A stretch of DNA of 64,000 bases, taken from the IMG/VR virus record IMGVR_UViG_3300020577_007794; one strand, written 5' to 3'. Each line of letters begins with the position of its first letter. Within the stretch, counting starts at the first letter, position 1. The DNA is from a virus (Duplodnaviria > Caudoviricetes). The notes beneath the pieces were generated by a model. It made no database searches, was not told the DNA's origin, and saw nothing but the letters and a program-made list of their open reading frames with translations. Positions 27,962 through 37,858 of the stretch are shown in pieces. The position numbers and the translations under genes were made by a program.

Positions 27962-29605
27962 TTAGCCTTCACAAGATACACATGTAAGGACATTTCTACT
28001 CAGTTCTTGAGCAGGATTAGTCCCTCTCTGATAGTACAATGATTTTAGACCTAAATCGTAAGCTTGTATTAAAAGCAAAGCTGTGTCCTCTGGTGGGACG
28101 GTTCTATCAATCATGAGGTTGATAGACTGGCCTTGATCAATGTATTTCTGTCTTTGAGCAGCCTGGATGATAATTTCTTTTTGAGAGATCTCACCAAACG
28201 TTTTGAAAACAGCTTTTTCTTCGTCTGTTAAGAATGTTAGATGTTGTACAGAACCACCCTTCTTCAGAATACTTCTCCAAGTTGCAGGAGTATTCTTTTC
28301 CTTCTTTTCTAAGAGTTCTAGAAGAGCTGGATTTTTGTATGTAAATTTACCCTTCTCGAGATCCTTAACAAAGTAATTATCTCTTAAAGGCTCTACAGAA
28401 GGTGATACCTGTCCGAGAATAGCTGATGAAGTTGTAGTTGGTGCAATAGCCATAACTGTAGCATTTCGCATTCCTCTTCCCTTCATAATAGGGGCTTCAC
28501 CAAGAAGGTTAGCTAAGTCTTGACTTGCTTTGGTAGCCTTCTCAAATATGTTTTTATGAATCGAGTTGTTAAGCATCTTTGCTTTCATTGACTCAAAAGG
28601 AATCATATTTTTCTGAAGGTAGCTGTGCCAGCCAAGAACACCAAGTCCCAAAGCTCTGTGTCTGGTAACAAAATTGTATGGAGCTGACATAAAAGGAATA
28701 TCCTTTATTTTTTCAGCATACTCAGTTACAGATGCATCCAGAAGTTGGAGAAGAACTTCTACAGCATCAGTATCCTTCCAGTCATCATAATAGAATAAAT
28801 TCATTGATGATAGAACACATACAAAAGATTCATCAAGCAAGAGTGGAAGGAAAATTTCCGTACATAGATTTGAAGACAGAATCTTCATATCCAAGTCTTT
28901 GTAAACTTGTGGTTTCCCTCTTTCTGCATTACCTGTAAATACAATATAGGGATAACCTGTTTCGTATCTTTTCTTAATGATTCGTGTCCAGACTTCCCAG
29001 TTTCTACCTTTACCTGCCTTTAGGTCAGCCATCCATTCATCTGAAATGCAGACACCAAGAGATATATGCTGGATGAAATGACCCTCTTCTCGAGCATCAA
29101 GAAATTCCATAATATCTGGATGATCAGCATCTAGATAAGCAGCAAACCCACCTCTTCGAATGTTTGATTGACTGACAATACTGGTTGTAGATTCAAACAG
29201 ACTCATAAAGTGGACGGAACCACTTGTAGTTCCACCCCTAGATATCTTTTCTCCTCTACCTCTAACATGACCAAAATAAGCAGAGGTACCCGCACCATAT
29301 TTGGTCATCATGCCTACCTCAGAGGCTTTCTCCAGAATTCCACCTAAATCATCTGGAATATAGGAACCATTACAACTAATAGGGAGTCCTCTATCATTAC
29401 CAAAGTTTGCCCACATAGGCGTAGATAATGAGAACCACCCCCTAGCCATGTAATCTTGGAATTTAACAGAGTAGCCAGGAATCCCTAGAATCTCCTCGGC
29501 CCTATCCCCAATTTGCTTCAATCTTTCTTCTACAGTAAGACCATTAAGATAACCCCTATTTAAGATCTGCTTTGAATCTTCATTAAGCCAAACAATTTCT
29601 GACAT
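27962..29605 (-). CDS. nrdA: class I ribonucleotide reductase alpha subunit (short, no ATP cone)
   Basis: LPISC, SNLCTEI, VC.LSS.N, R.LGLG, A.APT, IDQGQS.N, KSLYY.R, C-terminal CVSCEG. Confidence 0.95.
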   Translation of the reverse strand: MSEIVWLNEDSKQILNRGYLNGLTVEERLKQIGDRAEEILGIPGYSVKFQDYMARGWFSLSTPMWANFGNDRGLPISCNGSYIPDDLGGILEKASEVGMMTKYGAGTSAYFGHVRGRGEKISRGGTTSGSVHFMSLFESTTSIVSQSNIRRGGFAAYLDADHPDIMEFLDAREEGHFIQHISLGVCISDEWMADLKAGKGRNWEVWTRIIKKRYETGYPYIVFTGNAERGKPQVYKDLDMKILSSNLCTEIFLPLLLDESFVCVLSSMNLFYYDDWKDTDAVEVLLQLLDASVTEYAEKIKDIPFMSAPYNFVTRHRALGLGVLGWHSYLQKNMIPFESMKAKMLNNSIHKNIFEKATKASQDLANLLGEAPIMKGRGMRNATVMAIAPTTTSSAILGQVSPSVEPLRDNYFVKDLEKGKFTYKNPALLELLEKKEKNTPATWRSILKKGGSVQHLTFLTDEEKAVFKTFGEISQKEIIIQAAQRQKYIDQGQSINLMIDRTVPPEDTALLLIQAYDLGLKSLYYQRGTNPAQELSRNVLTCVSCEG

Positions 29606-30627
29606 TAACCTTGATCCTCCGAATATCTTTGAAGAACGTTATTCCTAATTTCATCTGCATTAAAGTTTGCAAACTTCTTAGCATATTCAGTAGGTCTTTT
29701 GTGGAAGAAGTCCGTCATAGCATTGCCTTCGGTATCTTCAATCATCCACTCAGTCTTAGCAAACAATTCTGGATCAATCTCAAAGAGGACTTCAAAACCA
29801 ATTCCGTGAAGGGATTCATTGATTCGATTCTTCACATACTCCTTCAGAACAGGAGCAGAAAGATTAGGTTCGTTATACTCACCTAGCATCCAATCAATAA
29901 TTTTAGCTTCTGCTTTAAAAGCTTCCTCAGCTTCGTGCCTTATTCGGGCTTCCAATTCCTCATCAAATAGTTCTGGATATTCTGATTTAATCGTATTGAT
30001 AACCTTAGTACCAATCTGAGCATGAATCAGTTCTTCGTTTTTAGTGTACTGAACTTGCTGCGCAGTATCCTTTAAAACATTCTTGTATCTGTTAAACCAT
30101 AGGATGATATAAAACTGGCTGAAGAGAGATACGTTCTCAACAAACAAAGTAAAGAGAATTAAAGCATAGACATACTGCTTCTTATCGTTAGTATAAACTT
30201 TGTCTAAGTACTTTCTTAAATAGGTGACTCTACCATTAACAACATCAATCTTAAGGTTCTGTTCAAAAGAATCCTGTAACTGTAGAATGTCTAAAAGCTT
30301 TTCATAAGCTTTATTATGGATAACTTCGATAGCCGACATAACAATACCCATATCTGTTAATGACGGATGGGGAAGATTGTCCCCGAGTCTTGACCAAAAC
30401 TTCTTGACTGCAATCTCAATCTGAGCTATCGCTGATAGAGTGTTGGTTATAATAACCCTTTCCTCTTCGGACATAACAGTCTTAAATTGGTGATAATCGT
30501 TAATAAAGTTAAACTCTTCAGGCGTCCAGTGGCCGTTCCACATTGCCTTGATAAACTCTTGAGCCCACGGATAGTTATCCGGTTTTCGTGCAATTTGTTC
30601 TTTAAAAATCATTGTACTGAACTTCAA
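29605..30627 (-). CDS. nrdB: class I ribonucleotide reductase beta subunit
   Basis: W.P.E, E..H..AY, E.V.LFS.F, E..H, DFF.KRP.EY; ATG 30612 is an alternative start. Confidence 0.95.
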   Translation of the reverse strand: MKFSTMIFKEQIARKPDNYPWAQEFIKAMWNGHWTPEEFNFINDYHQFKTVMSEEERVIITNTLSAIAQIEIAVKKFWSRLGDNLPHPSLTDMGIVMSAIEVIHNKAYEKLLDILQLQDSFEQNLKIDVVNGRVTYLRKYLDKVYTNDKKQYVYALILFTLFVENVSLFSQFYIILWFNRYKNVLKDTAQQVQYTKNEELIHAQIGTKVINTIKSEYPELFDEELEARIRHEAEEAFKAEAKIIDWMLGEYNEPNLSAPVLKEYVKNRINESLHGIGFEVLFEIDPELFAKTEWMIEDTEGNAMTDFFHKRPTEYAKKFANFNADEIRNNVLQRYSEDQG

Positions 30628-30684
30628 ATTAAAATGTTCAAGTCACTAGATATTCAATAGTTAGAGGTAATCAGTATTATTGTT

Positions 30685-30730
30685 ATTATAGGACAAAATT
30701 TGCCAGTTGATCCGAGTCAACTGGCAAATT
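30685..30730 (-). terminator. perfect 14-bp hairpin followed by TATAAT upstream of nrdB
   Basis: Minus strand: aatttgccagttga-ctcgga-tcaactggcaaatt-ttgtcc-TATAAT. Confidence 0.7.
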
Positions 30731-30766
30731 CTTAGGAGATTAATACTGTATCCCAAATAGAGGGTT

Positions 30767-31159
30767 CTATCTCTTTATGGGAAAGATTACTCTTATTTTC
30801 ACGGGAGTTTGCACGTTTTCTCCGAGATTTTCAGAAATGAATCCCTCAGAGTTTTCAATTAGATTAGCATTAGTAAGTCTTGTGGCTAAACCGCCACTTA
30901 CTACCTGATCGCTTCCACATTTCTTACAGACAAATAATCTGATATCAACAGGTCCCCAGCATTCTGAACAAGAATAACCTTTGTTAGGTATGTACCCAAT
31001 ATGCCTACCATCAACAAAGACAGCTATAGCAAATGGATCATAGGGGTTATCAGGTTCTCTTACTAATTTTACTGGAGTACCAACAGGTAATGTTTGACAA
31101 AAGCTTAAGGCACCGGGAATATACCCGGTACCCAAAACAGGAGTCTCACATTCCTTCAT
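30767..31159 (-). CDS. stand-alone HIRAN domain protein with Zn-ribbon insertion
   Basis: L.REPDNPYD..AI.V......IGYIP; CSEC...CKKC. Confidence 0.8.
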   Translation of the reverse strand: MKECETPVLGTGYIPGALSFCQTLPVGTPVKLVREPDNPYDPFAIAVFVDGRHIGYIPNKGYSCSECWGPVDIRLFVCKKCGSDQVVSGGLATRLTNANLIENSEGFISENLGENVQTPVKIRVIFPIKR

Positions 31160-31575
31160 TAGATTTCAATATCAGGAAGATCTGGAGTAGCTGGTGCTGT
31201 AACCTTAGCACTTACAGCTTTGGTTGCACCACTTCCAACTGGTTTGGAGTCCTCCTGAGAACTTTGACCAGTAGAGATAAACTCAAGTGTAGTTACATTA
31301 AGTTCAGTTGACATTCCTTTAGCAGTTTCTGTTGACCAGGATCTATTTTCAAGTTCTCCTGATACCATAACTGGCTTGCCTTTAGTCAAATATTCAGCAA
31401 GCTTTTCACCTCTTTCACCCCAAATGGAACACACCACAAAAGTAGCACCAGGATTAACACCCTTCTTCTTAGGTTTGTTATTTGAAGCTACAGTGAACTT
31501 CAGTAGTTTAGAGCCAGATAGCTCTAGGTATTCAGCGTCAGCTGTTAAGTTGCCATGTACAGTAGAAATAATCAT
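31159..31575 (-). CDS. ssb: single-stranded DNA-binding protein
   Basis: GNLTADAE, FTVA.N, C..WG...E..AEYL.KG..V.V.G.L..R.W; acidic tail. Confidence 0.9.
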   Translation of the reverse strand: MIISTVHGNLTADAEYLELSGSKLLKFTVASNNKPKKKGVNPGATFVVCSIWGERGEKLAEYLTKGKPVMVSGELENRSWSTETAKGMSTELNVTTLEFISTGQSSQEDSKPVGSGATKAVSAKVTAPATPDLPDIEI

Positions 31576-32778
31576 TTATTCTTCTTCGATACCTTCTGGT
31601 ACCACCAATACTTCGTCAAGATCAACAAAGTCAGTTTCTTTCTCAGGAACTGCCTGTATCTTTAACGCTTCTGTTAATTCCGCTTTAAGTGCTCTGTCTT
31701 CTCGGACTAAAGCTCTTGCAACGTCAATACCACCTTCGACAAGAAATTCTCTGATTTCTCCGTCTTCATTAGGTATTTTAAATAGGTAGTTTGCCTTACC
31801 ACTTTTAGATATAATTCCAGCAGATAGAGCATTTGTAAAGATCTCCATGCTGTCATCAACACCCAAACCATAAAGCACATTATATTGACCTCTTCCAAGT
31901 CTGCCTACGATGTTGTTCTTTCTAACATCAAATGCGACTGTGTGACCAATATCATCCTCGCCATCCTTGCCCTTAGTAGGTGCCTTCTCCAATTTCTTTT
32001 TAGCAAGAACTGTTATTAGCTTCGAGAAGAATCTAACCGCATTACCTCCAGAAATTTGATCTGGCGCACCATAAGCATTGATATTAGTTCTAAGTTGAGC
32101 TATATTTACAAGGGCTGTTCCCTCTCTAAGCATACCTCGACCGGCCAACTCTTCAAGCCATTTAGAAAGCATAGCGGCTCTTCTACCTATTGTAGAACCA
32201 GCTAAACCATCTTTTTCGCCCTTATCGTACTGTGCTTTAGGCACCATACCATTCAAAGAGTCAACAATAACTAAATCAACAATCCCTCTGGTAAGTCTAT
32301 TATCGGGATCATACAGCAGTTCATGCAGTATGTCTAGAATCTGCTCACCATAGTCTGCAGCTCGTACAATTATAAGAGAGTCAATATCTACACCCAAAAG
32401 AATGGCCATGAGATATGGGAACGGAGGCTCTGCGTCAATCCAGACTGCAGTTCCACCCTGTTTCTGTACTTCAGCAACAAGCATGAGACCTAAACAAGTT
32501 TTACCAGAACCGGGGGTCCCAGATATTGTAGAGACAGCTCCTTTAGGAATACCACCCCCAAGTTTTTCATCTAAGATACCAATCCCTGTCTTAATAAACT
32601 TAGGAGAAAGCTGTTCCTTTATATCCTTTCCAACAGATATAATAGGGGTAACATCTTCTTTACCACCTAGATATTTTTTGTTAATATCGTTTGTTATCTT
32701 TTGAAGAATAGAAAGCTTTGCTACAGCTTGTTGTTCAGGTGTTTCTATGGCTGCATCTTTTTCTTTTCGTTTTGCCAT
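31576..32778 (-). CDS. recA: RecA/UvsX recombinase
   Basis: TG...LD..LGGGIP.G, GTPGSGKT, WIDAE, VDS, QLR, GG.A..F, KN; start ATG 32778. Confidence 0.92.
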   Translation of the reverse strand: MAKRKEKDAAIETPEQQAVAKLSILQKITNDINKKYLGGKEDVTPIISVGKDIKEQLSPKFIKTGIGILDEKLGGGIPKGAVSTISGTPGSGKTCLGLMLVAEVQKQGGTAVWIDAEPPFPYLMAILLGVDIDSLIIVRAADYGEQILDILHELLYDPDNRLTRGIVDLVIVDSLNGMVPKAQYDKGEKDGLAGSTIGRRAAMLSKWLEELAGRGMLREGTALVNIAQLRTNINAYGAPDQISGGNAVRFFSKLITVLAKKKLEKAPTKGKDGEDDIGHTVAFDVRKNNIVGRLGRGQYNVLYGLGVDDSMEIFTNALSAGIISKSGKANYLFKIPNEDGEIREFLVEGGIDVARALVREDRALKAELTEALKIQAVPEKETDFVDLDEVLVVPEGIEEE

Positions 32779-32784
32779 GTATTT

Positions 32785-32824
32785 ATTATACCGTAAAAAA
32801 CAGAAAGGACCGGTAAAGGTCCTT
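32785..32824 (-). terminator. polA terminator followed by TATAAT 6 nt before the recA ATG
   Basis: Minus strand: aaggacc-tttacc-ggtcctt-tctgtttttt-acgg-TATAAT-aaatac-ATG. Confidence 0.65.
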
Positions 32825-32828
32825 ACCA

Positions 32829-34898
32829 TTACTTAGTCCAAGAATTCCCAATTGACATACTGACTTCCACTGGAATTCGTTTGTCAAGGGATTTCTCTCC
32901 ACACTCAATCATAATTTTCACAAGTAAATCAGCTGCTTCATCAACATTGCTTTCCCAAGCTTCACTTACTATTTCGTCATGGACGTTTAGAAGTACAACT
33001 GGAATATCAGTTTCAAATCTAGTGTTGAAAGAAGCCGTAGCTTCAACCAAACTCATTTTTGTAGCGTCTGCGTTAGACGCCTGGAACACAGCATTCACAG
33101 CCTGTCTTTGTGCATCTGCAAGTTTTTGTTCGTAGTACCTTGTCTGATACGCAGGAGGTAAAGTGAAAAACCTCTTTCTTCCACAGAAAGTTTCTATAAA
33201 TCCAGGGTTCTTTACTCTTTCATGAGTTTCTTTAATAAACTGTGCAACCTTAGGAAGCTGTTTCATAAAGACATCTCGGTAATAGGAACAATCCTTGATA
33301 GTGATATTAAAGAATCCCTCTCCATAAAGCTGTTCCAGCATTCTACCAGGACCAGCTCCATAAAGCAGAGCATACCCTAAAGTTTTTCCAAGACCTCTAT
33401 CTTTGTCAGTTACCTGACTAACGTCCGTACCCAGAACAAGAGCAGAGTTTCTTCTGTGAACGTCAGTAAAGGCAAATTTATCCACCATCTCCAGCTCTCC
33501 CGGAGTTACTGTAATCTTGCCCTTTTTAACAGACTTAACAAAGTGATCTGGATCTGCCTCTCCATACTTTGATGCGATGTTCTTTATGATTGGAAGAAGA
33601 TCCGCTCTCTCACAATACAGATCAATTAGAACTTGTTCACCGGTGTACGCACCAGCTGCTCTAAATTCAAACTGGCTATAGTCTGCAGTAATGATTTTTC
33701 TACCAGGCTTAGCAATAATTAGATGCCTCAAGCCAGGAGGAATATTCTGCATGTTGGGATCTGAAGATGCCATTCTTCCAGTATCTGCGTGACAGCTTTT
33801 AAAGTTAGGATGAATACACCCTGTGGAAGGATTAATATGTTCTTCAAGCCAAGCTTTAAAGTACTTTATACTTCCATTATGTATCTTTCTATACTCTAAT
33901 ATGAGTTTTGCAATATCGGCATCAGGATATTTCAGAAGCACATTGCTCAAAGCATCTTTGCTTGAACTTGTAATCATATATCCCATTGCTGACAAGATTG
34001 AAATAACTTGCTGACTGGAGTTAGGATTAAAGAGATTATCCTTAGTAACCGGTTTTATAGCAGGGGGCATACTTGAATAGACACTCTGAATATCATCGTA
34101 TACCTTCTTCTGATTGATCTTTGCAGAACTATACGCTTCCTTAACCGCAGGTATGTCAACAGCTACCCCAGTAACTTCACTAATAATAAGGCTTGTAATC
34201 AAAGGAAGCTCAATCTCCTTCCACACATTATAGAGATTATTATTATGAAGTCTAGATATAAGAGGTTCAACAAGTCTATGGCTGACTAGTGAGTCATTAG
34301 CAGCATAGTGTACTTGGTCCCACGTTGGCTCCTGTGTCACTGGTTGACCAATGAACGATGTTTGCTGCCCCTTGGATATTTCCATAGGGTAGAGGATGTA
34401 TTTAACAATGTTATCCAGAGCAAATGTCATTGCTGGCCAGCAACCTGCATAGCAGAGCTGTGAAGCCACCATGGTATCGAAGAAAATATTGACTAGGATA
34501 CCATATTGGTAATACCACCACTTTGCATCAAACTTGATGTTTTGGTTGCTGATAGGGACAACTTCAAGAACCTTTAACAATAAATCATAGCATCTGTTAG
34601 TTTCCCTAGTTGGATTCTCCCCAAACATAAAGTATGGAGAAAAGACCATGGCGTGTTTTCCATTCCATGATATAGAAAACAAAAGGATATTTCCATTAAT
34701 GTAATCTAAACCATCTGTTTCAAGATCAATTGTTAAGAAGAAATTGGAGTTGGCTTTGTACGTGTTAAGAAAAGACTGCATTAATTCGCAGAATTGTTCT
34801 TCATCTTCCTTAACCATGTAGACATACTTGCCAATTAATTTCCCATTCTTTTCCCTGCAAAAACTACTATTAAGTTGTTTAACCTCAGGTGTTGTCAC
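32829..34898 (-). CDS. polA: family A DNA polymerase with 3'-5' exonuclease (no 5'-3' exonuclease)
   Basis: DLETDGL, QNIKFD, YAAND; TGRMASSDPNMQNIP, ADYSQFE.R, K...YALLYG, ET..GR.R, N..FQ..NAD, VHDE. Confidence 0.95.
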   Translation of the reverse strand: MTTPEVKQLNSSFCREKNGKLIGKYVYMVKEDEEQFCELMQSFLNTYKANSNFFLTIDLETDGLDYINGNILLFSISWNGKHAMVFSPYFMFGENPTRETNRCYDLLLKVLEVVPISNQNIKFDAKWWYYQYGILVNIFFDTMVASQLCYAGCWPAMTFALDNIVKYILYPMEISKGQQTSFIGQPVTQEPTWDQVHYAANDSLVSHRLVEPLISRLHNNNLYNVWKEIELPLITSLIISEVTGVAVDIPAVKEAYSSAKINQKKVYDDIQSVYSSMPPAIKPVTKDNLFNPNSSQQVISILSAMGYMITSSSKDALSNVLLKYPDADIAKLILEYRKIHNGSIKYFKAWLEEHINPSTGCIHPNFKSCHADTGRMASSDPNMQNIPPGLRHLIIAKPGRKIITADYSQFEFRAAGAYTGEQVLIDLYCERADLLPIIKNIASKYGEADPDHFVKSVKKGKITVTPGELEMVDKFAFTDVHRRNSALVLGTDVSQVTDKDRGLGKTLGYALLYGAGPGRMLEQLYGEGFFNITIKDCSYYRDVFMKQLPKVAQFIKETHERVKNPGFIETFCGRKRFFTLPPAYQTRYYEQKLADAQRQAVNAVFQASNADATKMSLVEATASFNTRFETDIPVVLLNVHDEIVSEAWESNVDEAADLLVKIMIECGEKSLDKRIPVEVSMSIGNSWTK

Positions 34899-35331
34899 TG
34901 AATAAGTCCTCCCTCATGCTGTTAAACACTTCTCTGTTAAATGCATTTCTCGAGATAGGCATTATACCTATTTGGTCTACAACTTTCTCTAGGAGACTGA
35001 AATCATTAGAAGAAATTTGATAATCTACTTCTTTAATTTTAGCTAAAGATAGTGGATCAGCTTCCTTTATGTCAAACTGTTTGCATAGATCTTTATATGT
35101 TTCTTCTGCAGTTGTTATTGGATCACCACCCCAAATAAGGAGGGATAATTCCCATAGACACGCATGTTCTACTAATTCTTTAGATACTGATTGAATTCTT
35201 GCAACTAACCTGTGGGCTGACATGTATGCAAGAGAAAAATAAGGGTTTACAGGCGTATAAAGCGAAACCTGTAAACCCTTTCTGTATAGATTTTTTAAAC
35301 TTAGATTTTCATCTATTACTAATTTGCTCAT
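34885..35331 (-). CDS. hypothetical protein
   Basis: 148 aa ORF. Confidence 0.55.
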   Translation of the reverse strand: MSKLVIDENLSLKNLYRKGLQVSLYTPVNPYFSLAYMSAHRLVARIQSVSKELVEHACLWELSLLIWGGDPITTAEETYKDLCKQFDIKEADPLSLAKIKEVDYQISSNDFSLLEKVVDQIGIMPISRNAFNREVFNSMREDLFSDNT

Positions 35332-35536
35332 TTAAAACTTTTGTACTACCACAATAATCGCACTTCTCAATAATTAAAATTCTGAAGAAGTTAGGTTCAG
35401 TGGGCAGATTTTGGAGACTAAATAGTTTCTTTTCGACAGAAAGAACTGAACTATCTTGCACCAACTCATCCGCCCCTAGTATACCTATAACTAAGGTCTT
35501 GATTTCACCTTTTGGGCACAGTTTACACCGAAACAC
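35309..35536 (-). CDS. small Zn-finger protein
   Basis: CKLC...CDYC. Confidence 0.5.
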   Translation of the reverse strand: MFRCKLCPKGEIKTLVIGILGADELVQDSSVLSVEKKLFSLQNLPTEPNFFRILIIEKCDYCGSTKVLNEQISNR

Positions 35537-36362
35537 CAGGTTTTTCCTTTTTCAAGTATCTAACATGGCTGAATCCGTACTTCAACCTGTTATTGTATTC
35601 CTGAATAGACATAGGAATAATAGTTTCAGGAGAGCTGTCCTCCATAGCATTTATATAATACAAAGAAGCCATGTTAATGAAAAATCTCCCTGGATCTTCA
35701 CTTTTCTCTTCAACAATAGAAAGTATGAGAGGATTTCTATCCATTGAATCTGGTCCTCTATATTTACCCTTAAGCAAAATATTATCACTTCTTTTCGGAG
35801 ATGTAATAACTATTTTAGGTTCGCTGCAAATCTCGGTAAGTGGAGTATAGTCATCAGGATATACTAGGTAAGTAAAATCTGGTTTTTCTTTTTTAACTAT
35901 ATCTAAATACTTTTCTAAGCTTTGCGGGCAAAGTATATCGTAGTTAGTTGGCTCTTTAATGGAAGGAGTAAGATAGTGGGGTTCATAGTATATCCCCAGT
36001 TTAGATGTAACTAAAGCTCTAGCTATTCTTGCTATAGAATGCGGGCCCTTTGCTTGTTCCTCAGAGATATTAACACCATGGTTCTTGTAGGTGTACTCTT
36101 GCCATTGTTTTGCAAATAGCTCATCTAGATGTTCGTAAACATCCTCCTCTGGTTCCTCTAAGACAATAACTTCACCCTCTATACTCTCAGGTAAAATTTC
36201 AGAATCAGACTTGAAAGGGTAGTTATTTTTGAAGGAAGCCCCCTTGAAGTTAATAAAAGCAGTTCCACCTAGGTTATTAATCTCTTTAACTGCAGCACAG
36301 AAAGCACAAAACCATTCTATACTTTTAGTATTAAATATGATTGTAGGTAATTTTTTAGTCAT
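35523..36362 (-). CDS. hypothetical protein
   Basis: 279 aa ORF. Confidence 0.6.
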   Translation of the reverse strand: MTKKLPTIIFNTKSIEWFCAFCAAVKEINNLGGTAFINFKGASFKNNYPFKSDSEILPESIEGEVIVLEEPEEDVYEHLDELFAKQWQEYTYKNHGVNISEEQAKGPHSIARIARALVTSKLGIYYEPHYLTPSIKEPTNYDILCPQSLEKYLDIVKKEKPDFTYLVYPDDYTPLTEICSEPKIVITSPKRSDNILLKGKYRGPDSMDRNPLILSIVEEKSEDPGRFFINMASLYYINAMEDSSPETIIPMSIQEYNNRLKYGFSHVRYLKKEKPGVSV

Positions 36363-36981
36363 TGATAACTCTTTCTACTGAAGAAATTCCTTGGTTGTTC
36401 TTCGTTACTAGATATTTTACATTAGAGTCCATTTGCATGTGTGATATAATACCTACTTGAACACCAGTTTTTTCAGCCATGGTCTTTATGTAGTTCCAGG
36501 CTCTTTTACTGAGAGCAGAGTTAATATTAGAAAAAGGTTCATCGAAAAAGATAAACTTGGGAGTTGACCCAAGAAAAAGAAGAACTGCCGTATTAATGAT
36601 TACAGATACAGTTTGATATGCAGCATCTCCAAAAACAGAAATAGAATCAAATTCTCCACCTGGAGATTTCATTTTAGGTGTAACACCTTTAAGAAGATCT
36701 TTTTCGTAGAAAGGTTCGTATATAAAGGAATACTCCTTTCCGAATAAAGTTGTTAAACCATCTGAACAAAGCTTGGCTAGATGTTCAGATAGAGATAGTG
36801 TTCGTTTTGAACAAGCCTTTCCAAGAAATATAGCATCCTGCAAAACTTCCTTTCTTTTTTTTAGTTCCGCTATCTGTTCATTAGTCTCCTGATTTAAACG
36901 GGCCTCTGACATAAATGAGCCCAGTCTCATAGAGAACTGTTGCTTAACAGAAGATGTATTAAAGTTTGTCGAATTGCTCAA
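36355..36981 (-). CDS. sbcC: SbcC/Rad50 C-terminal half (signature, Walker B, H-loop)
   Basis: Coiled coil, then S.FGDA...TVS, FIFFDEPFSNI, QVGIISH; no Walker A. Confidence 0.8.
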   Translation of the reverse strand: MSNSTNFNTSSVKQQFSMRLGSFMSEARLNQETNEQIAELKKRKEVLQDAIFLGKACSKRTLSLSEHLAKLCSDGLTTLFGKEYSFIYEPFYEKDLLKGVTPKMKSPGGEFDSISVFGDAAYQTVSVIINTAVLLFLGSTPKFIFFDEPFSNINSALSKRAWNYIKTMAEKTGVQVGIISHMQMDSNVKYLVTKNNQGISSVERVIND

Positions 36982-37258
36982 TTAAATCCATCACGTTCCT
37001 AAGATCGTTCTGCAATTGTTCTTTATTCACTTCGATGGAGTTTATTATTTCACTTGTTAGGTTAGCCAGAGATGATAGACTATCACTACCGACTAATTCT
37101 GTTAATTCTAAATAAAAGGATTCTAATTCTTTTTTAGAGTTTTCCTGCTGAACGGACAATCTTAAAGAAGCTTGTTCAGCTTTTTTTATATTCTGTTCTG
37201 TCTCAGCTAATGTTTTTTTAAGAGAATCTATAGATTCTTGAGAAAGTAAGTTGCTCAT
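36959..37258 (-). CDS. coiled-coil protein, probable part of the SbcC arm
   Basis: 99 aa heptad-rich sequence directly upstream of and overlapping the SbcC C-half. Confidence 0.55.
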   Translation of the reverse strand: MSNLLSQESIDSLKKTLAETEQNIKKAEQASLRLSVQQENSKKELESFYLELTELVGSDSLSSLANLTSEIINSIEVNKEQLQNDLRNVMDLIEQFDKL

Positions 37259-37264
37259 ATATAG

Positions 37265-37858
37265 TTATAAATAAGTTGCATCACTTGTTCTTCTTCTTGC
37301 AGTAGTAGGTATCTCTAATTCAACAGATTCTAAAAAGTAAGGAAATTGTTGGTAGGGTGGGTCGGATGGGTTAACTACGTAAGGTCCATTACCACCAGGA
37401 TCCTTGATTACAAATCTTAAATTAGTGTAGTCAGTAATACTATTGGCTTCGGACACAGTAAGATAGTATTCAAAAGTCTTAAGACCATCTCCAACACCTT
37501 GACTTAGTGAGCTGGTTGTAGCTATAACAGTACTTCCTTCACGGAGTTCAAACTGTACATAAATAGTTGTGGAAGAGGATGAGTTAACTCGCAGGATATG
37601 TCCCGACTCTGCAGGGGAGTTATCTGGATAACCACTTCTTCGACCAGGAGTTAACCCAGGAGAAAGACCTAATATATTGTTAACAGATAGAGGAAGATTG
37701 ACTGCAACCATATCTGAATAACCAAAAGTCTCGCCATCTACAATAGGAAAAGGAGAATCATTAAGTCTATCCCAACAGGGTGTTGTTAAAACACCTTCAC
37801 GCCACGGGACTAAATCGGTTACAGTAATATCTGAATTAGGTTTTAAATGCTGGGGCAT
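37265..37858 (-). CDS. putative virion/tail-fibre-associated protein
   Basis: Beta-rich; L..SEA.SITDY..LR motif; coupled to the tail fibre gene. Confidence 0.5.
   Translation of the reverse strand: MPQHLKPNSDITVTDLVPWREGVLTTPCWDRLNDSPFPIVDGETFGYSDMVAVNLPLSVNNILGLSPGLTPGRRSGYPDNSPAESGHILRVNSSSSTTIYVQFELREGSTVIATTSSLSQGVGDGLKTFEYYLTVSEANSITDYTNLRFVIKDPGGNGPYVVNPSDPPYQQFPYFLESVELEIPTTARRRTSDATYL

Noticed and set aside
35523-36362. GT9-like glycosyltransferase
   Set aside because: Only a vague pattern resemblance with no convincing motif
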